Assembly (NCBI RefSeq): GCF_025526975.1
Contig: NW_026515674.1
Location: 186,001 to 250,000, forward strand
Length of the DNA: 64,000 nucleotides
Source: Fimicolochytrium jonesii
Lineage: Eukaryota
Reading direction: 5' to 3'
A model generated the notes under the pieces. It searched no databases. It had not been told where the DNA came from and saw only the letters and a program-made list of their open reading frames with translations. Position numbers and translations under genes: made by a program. Shown piece by piece: positions 39,101 through 45,820 of this stretch (positions are counted from its first letter, which is position 1; each line of letters starts with the position of its first letter).

Positions 39101-41183
39101 GTTGACGGTGCATGTGAGCGACGTGGCGGGGTCGGTGGGGGATGTGCAGACAATATATAGTGTGGTGGTGGCGCCCAATACGACTGCTGGGGGAGCAACC
39201 GCGCCTGCGCTTGGCAAGCGTCGCGCCCGAGCGGATGTCGGTGTGGGTATCAATGTACACATCAACCGCCGCTATGATGCAAACGCAGAGCCCACCCCGT
39301 CCGACTACACCTTCCTCGATACCTCTATCACCTCCTTCCGGCACACCTCCGACTACCGCACCGCGCAAACCAACCTCATTGTCGCCATCCAGCAGCTCAC
39401 CCCCGTGGCGCTCAACACGCCCTACCACACCAAACTCCTGCAACTCTACACCCTCCTGCTCTCCTCGCGCGACATCTACATGGACGCGACCTCGGGTGGA
39501 CCGTATATGGCGCAGGCGTTGCAGGCTATCACGTTTGGGAGCTGGAATCTGACGAGTGGGATTGTGGAGGGGGTGTTTGGGGCGTTGGAGGGTGTTGTGG
39601 CGCAGATTGATGCGACCACGAGGGTCGCGGGCGGGTGTGTGGATGCGAATGCGGCGGGGTTGTTGGTGAAGGTTGTGGATTCGGTGGTGGGGTCGGTTAA
39701 GACTGGGGCTGCGAGCGGGGCGGCGGTGACAGATGACCGTGTCCGGGCCGTACTGGATGTTCTTGAAGGGTGTGTCATCCGAAACCTCCGCGGCGTGTGT
39801 GGGCAGACGGTCAAGTTTGCGGAACCGTATGTCGCGAAAACGGTCGGGAGTGTAAGCACTTCAGGTGGAGGGGATCTCTCCTTCTGTTCCGCGGCGTTTA
39901 CGGTGCCCGCATCGGCGGTGACGGGGTCGTGTGTACGGTATGCGTGCGGGACGGCGGGGTCGGTTGCTGCTCCGATTTCCATCACAGCCGGCGCGCTTGT
40001 ACCAGGCAATCAATCGCTCAGCCTAACTCTCTACGACACCTCCAGCTCAGCATCAGTGCTCAGCGTTCAACTCCCCAACCCCGACATCTCCCTCATGCTC
40101 CCCGTCCCCACCGACCTCTTCGCCCAACAACGCGCACAGCCGACCGCCGGGTTCGTCTGTGCATGGTGGCGCGCCGCCAGCAGCGACGGGAGTGCTGCCG
40201 CGGGGTGGGCGACGGACGGATGTGCGGTGGCCTCCGTAGACGAAGTGAGCGGGACGGCGGTGTGTAAGTGTGCGCATTTAACGGATTTTACGGTCGCGTT
40301 GAGTCCTCAAGGGGGATTTGGGGCAGTTGCGGGTGCGCCGCCTGCCCCGCCTGCTCCTGCATCGACGGCGGCGGTTGTGCCTGATACGACATCGGTTTCT
40401 GTTGATGTGGAGCCGTCTACGTCGTCGACCGCGGAGGTAGTCACAACGTCTTCATCTACCGCAACATCCTCCGCGGAACGCGATGCAACATCCACCACAG
40501 AACCCGACACAACTTCCACCGCGGAAGCTGATGCAACATCCACCGCGGAACCGGACACAACATCCACGTCAACCCCATCGCCGTCCCTCCCCCCCAGCGA
40601 AGAAGCTGTGCCCGGTTTCAGCACCACATCCCTCATAGACGACTCCACCACCACCAGCGCCTCTCCCACTCCCACGCCAACCTCCCCTGAATCCGCCGAT
40701 GCCGCCCCCATCGCCAACGGCGGCAGCAACCCCATCGACCCCTCCGCACCCGATTACGTCTCCGCGACCAGCACCCCGGGCCTCTCCCCCTCCCTCATCG
40801 ACACGTCCCCCGCCCCCACCACATCCACCTCCTCCGCCGCCAAGATTGCCGGTGGCGTCATCGGCGGCCTGCTTGGTCTCGCCCTTGTTCTCCTCCTACT
40901 ATTCTGTCTCCGCCGGTACCGCCATAACGAGTGGTATGAGAAATCCGTCCCGCCGCCCAATCGGGAGAGTCTGTGGCACGGGTTGGCGCCGCCGCCGAGA
41001 CATCGCGCGCCGAGTCCGGTGCATTATAGGGGCGCGGATATGCGGACTTATGGGTTTGGTGGTGGGGCTGGGGTTGGGCATCCGGTGCCGGGGATTAGCG
41101 TGCCCGAGTATCTAAGGCCGCCGAGGTGGGAGCAGCCGGTTGCGGGGAATGTGTTTTCGAGTAGGGATCGGTTGTATGCGTGA
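36126..41183 (+). CDS. 1685-aa type I membrane protein: signal peptide, Ser/Thr tract, IPT/TIG-like and REJ-like beta modules, GAIN/GPS motif, mucin-like stalk, single TM, Pro-rich tail
   Basis: Hydrophobic N-terminal signal. REJ-like PPAAGYC..TSGIAYTDVF.YACAGW.....P.YYDF. GPS motif CAWW...WATDGC...CKCAHLTDF at 40158-40289. TM IAGGVIGGLLGLALVLLLLFCL at about 40845-40910. Confidence 0.88.
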   Translation: MPTRRLQRCILLLVILAFLCSEIVFAAAVGHRRNDADFEVKLDVDRRQVNGVPPTDLASTSDASLSTSTSTSSSSNSSTDSATDITAAATPTSTTDTPTPTPSNDIIPAEYTPPGEAYITITSVDPPSVYTSRGPQYISLVGTNYTSLDASTYDIKLTNASLPTGAAQLTVLSDTLAVVLVDTDAVELAGAAYKNGGFGLTVNGVDVVHDIRWVDPVKSIATRVFPSRVIVDNANPVTIVGIGLLPPVGTPLCVFNTTAVSSSPATWSASDATYQCVTPELDQSGVLELNLLYYTPQVDLSPYGGLSNSYLWRPTEFVSIVVNQPLLLYYRAGAPQLISAHFTGTGAIEAEFDRPVAVYDTNIFMTDPLANALRTISAATGRESFGCDKIWSNPSTRNGRLWFRNATAECRVQRMGPRTFRINVGAQGVLGIENAGLEPIYIGDILSVRPGAVWTAGQQLSQTATGGTIVTGVLDKSQIVTPDVRITVPQIVSECADVTYDLSRTMGALGRNFNSTRFTVDPPTASIQVELDKFETAFRTQNVLVYTVPASAFPVGPVTVSFYMQNFLGGSGSASFVTEKLPRSDVPYVTIVGPGNDAPLDQLHTVKAEAHATCGQQRPVSFAWSSPDVPVDGVVTTVVLPQYTMSVQRLYSFVVQAQYSDVPDSTPWFLNYTFTSELDRITPATITELTAGTTSNIEHIPPPPLLLSTSIFDSGYPLASTNLTDFTCIWECKRLDNSQGKGDTGCFKQETGQDLAVPAVCHGANITGFLAPGRYEFDFLAVRISTGAENEYAGKLALNAVDAGGSTVAPMLSISPSSPHPSAWDTYTLTAAVDPLSISALSAVTYTWFSNETCYNETFSTVTFTSNPLVQTAQDGNAVTFSPQSFIPAGRYCFTVLATDAANPSLPGVATLLTTVLEPPAAGYCALNATSGIAYTDVFRYACAGWVTDQLAKPVYYDFWIRRKGMETVWRNLGPRSESSVLDTVLSEGTYELTVHVSDVAGSVGDVQTIYSVVVAPNTTAGGATAPALGKRRARADVGVGINVHINRRYDANAEPTPSDYTFLDTSITSFRHTSDYRTAQTNLIVAIQQLTPVALNTPYHTKLLQLYTLLLSSRDIYMDATSGGPYMAQALQAITFGSWNLTSGIVEGVFGALEGVVAQIDATTRVAGGCVDANAAGLLVKVVDSVVGSVKTGAASGAAVTDDRVRAVLDVLEGCVIRNLRGVCGQTVKFAEPYVAKTVGSVSTSGGGDLSFCSAAFTVPASAVTGSCVRYACGTAGSVAAPISITAGALVPGNQSLSLTLYDTSSSASVLSVQLPNPDISLMLPVPTDLFAQQRAQPTAGFVCAWWRAASSDGSAAAGWATDGCAVASVDEVSGTAVCKCAHLTDFTVALSPQGGFGAVAGAPPAPPAPASTAAVVPDTTSVSVDVEPSTSSTAEVVTTSSSTATSSAERDATSTTEPDTTSTAEADATSTAEPDTTSTSTPSPSLPPSEEAVPGFSTTSLIDDSTTTSASPTPTPTSPESADAAPIANGGSNPIDPSAPDYVSATSTPGLSPSLIDTSPAPTTSTSSAAKIAGGVIGGLLGLALVLLLLFCLRRYRHNEWYEKSVPPPNRESLWHGLAPPPRHRAPSPVHYRGADMRTYGFGGGAGVGHPVPGISVPEYLRPPRWEQPVAGNVFSSRDRLYA
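40460..40570 (+). repeat. 24-bp-period coding tandem repeat (DATSTTEP/DTTSTAEA/DATSTAEP/DTTSTSTP)
   Basis: Four 8-aa units in the post-GPS stalk. Confidence 0.8.
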
Positions 41184-42029
41184 GAGGTGTTGATTATGTG
41201 CGGGTTGAGAGGTTTTGGGTTTTGCGTCAAGCTCTTTTCTGTCTACAACGGATGGACTGTTTGGACGTTTGGACGGGGACGCACGGCCGGATATGCTTTG
41301 TATGAGATTAGCCTTTGTTTCCACCATATCTTCTTTTTATGCGCCTTGCATTTCTTTTTGGTCTTCTGTCTCCCTTATACTTCGAATACAATGCCAATGC
41401 GATTAGTAAAAGGGTTTTCTGGGCTGTGTCTATCGATACCTGGACTGTTGTCGGGCCCTCTCATGCGCACATAGACCAGGTTTCGATTGCAGCTCTCAGA
41501 CTCAAGCACTCAAATCCCCACGCTTCTGGACGGAAGCTTTTTGGGAATCCTGCGAGTGGAGGGCTGAGGTGGGTGTGATTAACATCATCGAGTAGAGATG
41601 TAGGGCCCTACACATCTCTCCTTTTTTTGGCCTGGAGGTGCAGTCTGCTACTAGAAGTTACATCATGGTCCAGATTCCGTAGAATCCTCAGGGCATCAAG
41701 TCAATGACCCACCAAAATTGATCCATGTGAGCTGCATCATTGTCATTCTTGTTCGTTGCGGAGGTCAGCCGTCCTGCACGAATGGAGTGCCGTCCATGTG
41801 CGACACAAACTTTAATACAGTACGATGCGCAATTAATGAACTCCGCAAAAAGACAAGCGCGTTTTGACAGCTCTCCCGTCAGTCACTGTGGAGAGATGAC
41901 TTCCCATCCCATCCCACTTCCGTCTTTCTTCTCTTTCGCTCGCTCGCTTAAGACTGTCCGTCGGGTAACTGCTCGCCTGCCTCTGCTCGTCTTCGCACGG
42001 AGAGCAACCCATCGGGCACGGGCGCAAAC

Positions 42030-43719
42030 ATGGCGGACTTCCCCTTCCCAACGGAGTTCTTCCCGCCGCCCGAGACCGCAACTGTCACACTCACCACCAC
42101 CCGTCTGTCCACCGTCCTCCCGCCCACACCCACACCTTCACCTTCCAACTCAACAGCGCCCGCTCTTACCACCACTACATTCTCAAGATCCTCCGTCTCG
42201 ATCCACACACCAGCCTCCACGGCAACGACCGCAACGACCGCGCGACCGACTTCGACAGCGTTGAATTTGCCATTTGCCCCGCTTGACCCCGCGGCGTCGA
42301 CCAAGGCTGAGGCGACCCCGACGGGCGTGATGGCTGACCCCAGGGCTGGAGGCGGGCGTGGGAAGTTGTCGAGGTTGGCTATTGGGTTGATTGCAGCTGG
42401 TGAGTAGCGGAAACGGATTTTGGGCACAGGTTTTCGACAGCTCCTTTTGCGTCCGATTACATGATTATCTCACATTACATTCTCGTCAACACCCAGGCGG
42501 CGCCCTCCTCCTCTTTCTCCTCCTCCTCCTCTGCCTTTACCGGCGCCGATTCCACCCCCGTCATAAATATCCCACAAAACACGACGAAATCCACCTTCCA
42601 ACCCTGCCCACGATCACCAACCGTAACACAACCCGCCACCGACCCTCGACATCCTCCCTCCACCCCTTCGCCCTCCCCTTGCGGACCCCATCCCCCAGCA
42701 ACCAGTCTACCCTCACGCGCCCACATACCCCAGATCGTCGCAGCGTGGACAGTGCAAATCGAGGCCGCCCGCAGTCACGGTCGGGATCGGGATGGTCGGT
42801 GAGGGATCTGGTGGATAAGACCCGTAGCGGGTCGAGGGATGCGGCGGAGGAGCTGCAGAGGCGGGTGTGGGCTATCAATGACTTGTTAGGGTTCAACAAT
42901 ATGGATGCTGGTGGTGCTGGGGGATATGGGGGGGATACGGCGGCTGCGATGAGCGAATGGGCGGCGCTTCCACCTGTTGCGAACGCGGTGAATGTCGGGA
43001 GGAGAGTTAGGGAAGGTGCGAGGCCCGCGAGCGAGCCGTATGCGGCATTTGAGAACGATGGACATCACAGCAACAACTATCAGCAACAGCAGGAGCACAC
43101 GGCACGCCACATCTATCCCCCAACCCAACGTCCCACCCATTCTTCAACTTCACCCCCGCGCGCAACATCCCCCACACAAGCCGCCATCCACGAATGGCAA
43201 ACACCCACCGGCCGCGTGAGCTGGGACGGTGTCGCGAACAACATCGAGTTCACCAAACCTCGCCCGACGACCATCGCGGTCCCGCAGGCGACATACCGTC
43301 CATCGGCGTCTACACGTCGCCCCACAAGCGGCACGGCGACATCATCGCCCCCGCGCCAGACCGCAATGCGCTCGTCGTCGTCTAGTATCCGGACGGTCGT
43401 ACCCGCCGATTTCGCCAAACCAACCACCAAAAGGGACGGGCGCGCATCTCCTCTCACCTCCCCACCGCCGGATCTCCCCCCCACACCCCCCCTGCACCCG
43501 CTCACCCCTCGCCCCGCTTCTCATGCGAGCACTGCGCCCTCGACAACCGAAGCACCGGCGTCGTCAGTCGGATCCACGATGACGTGGGTCACTGCGCCAA
43601 TGACCAACTCGACAATGGGATCCACACACTCGTTCTCGGAGGTTACGCCGGATGATGCGAGGATCGTTGCGCAGACGTTTTTGAGGGAGTGGGAAGGCGG
43701 GCTTAGGGGGAGGTCGTAA
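42030..43719 (+). CDS. Single-pass membrane protein with a Thr/Ser-rich N-terminus and disordered Ser/Pro/Arg-rich tail (Mid2/mucin-sensor-like architecture); intron 42400-42496
   Basis: Splicing creates the TM segment LAIGLIAAGGALLLFLLLLLCL followed by YRRR. No cleavable signal peptide is evident. Confidence 0.75.
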
Positions 43720-44154
43720 AGGGCTCGATGAGACGTTTCGTTTTCGACTGGTCCGCCCCTCGCTTCTTTCGCCGCAAATACGAACGGATGACAAAGGCGT
43801 AGCTGGTTCCATTCGGATGCCAATTTGGAAACGGCGTGTGTGGTATGCGATTGTGGGATAGGTGCGGGATCTTTTTTCTTTCTTTTCGTGCAGGCACTTT
43901 CTACATAGCAATGTTGTCCTAATGGTTTCTGATCTTTCTTCTGTCGTTTTTTCACTCTGCTCTTTTCCTTCCCCCTCTTTCCCCTAATGCCCGCTCGCGA
44001 ACCGATGTATGCGTGTCAACATCTTTTTTTCCTTCGAGTTTTGTGATCTTTTTCGATTTCCATAATGTAATGCATATGATAGTGTGAAAAGTAACATGTC
44101 ACCCCTCCAAAACGCCGGCTGAGGTTCCATGATCTACACATCTCAATACACACG

Positions 44155-44345
44155 CATCGACGGATGAGTGTCCCAGAAGTCCGTTACAGCCGGGACTGTG
44201 TCATCGGGAGCGATTCCTACTCCGTCATCTGAGCACATCCACTTGAGCCTGGACCCAGCATGAGTCTCCGTGGGAGAGGGTGGTATGGGAGACGTCTACT
44301 CTACCACCACCCTCTCCCACGGAGAAACTCGTGCTGGGTACGCTA
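44155..44345 (-). ncRNA. Candidate Fanzor omega-RNA scaffold
   Basis: 87-nt hairpin at 44253-44339 with a 20-bp perfect core, starting right after the Fanzor C-terminal motif, plus shorter stems at about 44159-44229. Position matches known Fanzor/TnpB loci. Expression unverified. Confidence 0.5.
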
Positions 44346-44575
44346 CAAGGATCCCTCCGAAACATATTCTGCCTCTGTCCTTGATGAGCGTTCATGTACA
44401 GAAAGAGGCTTCGGATGTTCCTTGCCGCGTTCACGTCCCGGTTCCACTGCAGCGGGAGGGGAAGTCAATGAGGGGGCGGGAGTGCAAAATCATCAACGCC
44501 TCGTCCATACTCACATGCGTCAAACAGCGGTCATTGCAGACCTTGACACTCCATAAGCGGGTGCGTATCGGCGGG

Positions 44576-44657
44576 GCGCCTCTTTCAACGATGCCCCGGA
44601 AGAGCGCGCATGGTGGACGAGTTCCGTACTCTTCCGGGGCATCGTTGAAAGAGGCGC
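44576..44657. repeat. 29-bp perfect inverted repeat with a 24-nt loop (fold-back inversion scar inside the Fanzor)
   Basis: 44576-44604 is the exact reverse complement of 44629-44657. Confidence 0.92.
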
Positions 44658-45820
44658 TTGCGAAGGGCTTTGAGCGGGGTCGAGGCGTGTCCCTTTGAGT
44701 CGTGCTGAAAGCTCCCGTTGCCCAGCGCAATTACGGCCGTCTCCGCCCCGCCGCAAGTCAATCGCTTGACGATCGCGTCCCACGTCCTTTCCTTTGCTAT
44801 GTGGCACTTCCACCGCACCTTGCGCCATCGCTTGATTTGGTAGGAGATCGTGGGCATGTTGCGGAGGAGATAGGTCAGGTAGACGCGAAACAGCGGGCCC
44901 GTCGACACCTTGGCACTCGGCATATCGCGGTTGATCGTGACAATGTCGATGTTTTACCACAGCGCTCGTAAAACCCCTTTTTTGCTGACACGAGTCTTGT
45001 CCTTCTTGCCGTCGCCGTAGACGGCCGTTAAGATGTCGGCAGGGAATGCGACGGTGAACAGTGCAGCTCGATCCCGAGGAGGTCGAACGTCTTGTGGACA
45101 GCTTTGAGCAGTTGATGTTGGTAGCGGGACGAACACACGCCGAAAAAGTTATCCGGGAGTGCGCAGCGTTGGGGATGCCGTTGTTCTCGAGGATCCAGCA
45201 GATGGCGTCGCCTACGGTGCAACAAAAGAAACCCGCCGAGCGGACGCCGAACATGTTGCAGTGGTCGGTATAAAGCACGTCACGCCATCGCATCGTCTGC
45301 AGAGGCTAGTCGATCCTGCCGGGCTCCACGACAACGACAAGTGTGTCGGGGGGAATCTTGATTGAAGGAAACGTGTCATCTTCGTCAAAGCCATAGAGGC
45401 CTCCACTGCAGCGCAGGGGAAAATCGCTGGACGAAGAACGGCGCACGGCAACGCTGCACGCGACTCCGTCGGTCGAGATCTCCTGGGCAAATTTGCGGCG
45501 CCCCGCTTTGACCACGCCATGGGGTTGCAAACCCATATCAAAGGAGTCCCAATACCGCGACTTGAGGGTATTACAGTAGGACCCACATCAAGGCTGACCA
45601 GTCAGCCTAAAGATGCACTCAAGGCTGACCAGTCATGTCCCAAAACCATCACCAAAGACAATCCCATGCCTTGTGAAGACGAAACAACATATGATATCCC
45701 ATTCTACTATGTGCAACGAAAAAGTACAAGACGACCTCTGAACATGGGGTCGATACAAAGATCCCTCCACCAGTTATTTCCGCCCAAAAAAGGATATACC
45801 GCTCCAGTACGCGGGTCTGA

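Larger units (their letters stand above)
44155..45590 (-). mobile_element. Degenerate, 5'-truncated Fanzor1 (TnpB-derived OMEGA nuclease) element
   Basis: Ordered motifs on the minus strand: KFAQEISTDGVACSV, RuvC-I VVVEPGR..DILTA, VSKK.FYERCG, MPSAKVST..FRVYL, WRKVRWKCHIAKERTWD, AVIALGNGSF..KGHASTPLKALRKRL, RuvC-II MVDEFRT (inverted), WSVKVCNDRC, intron 44514-44447, RuvC-III WNRDVNAARNI. Stops and frameshifts are present and the element ends are undefined. Confidence 0.88.

Noticed and set aside
44100..45640. Assigning the Fanzor to a carrier superfamily (Helitron, Mariner, IS607-like and others)
   Set aside because: No transposase, terminal inverted repeats, TSD or CTRR end could be identified.
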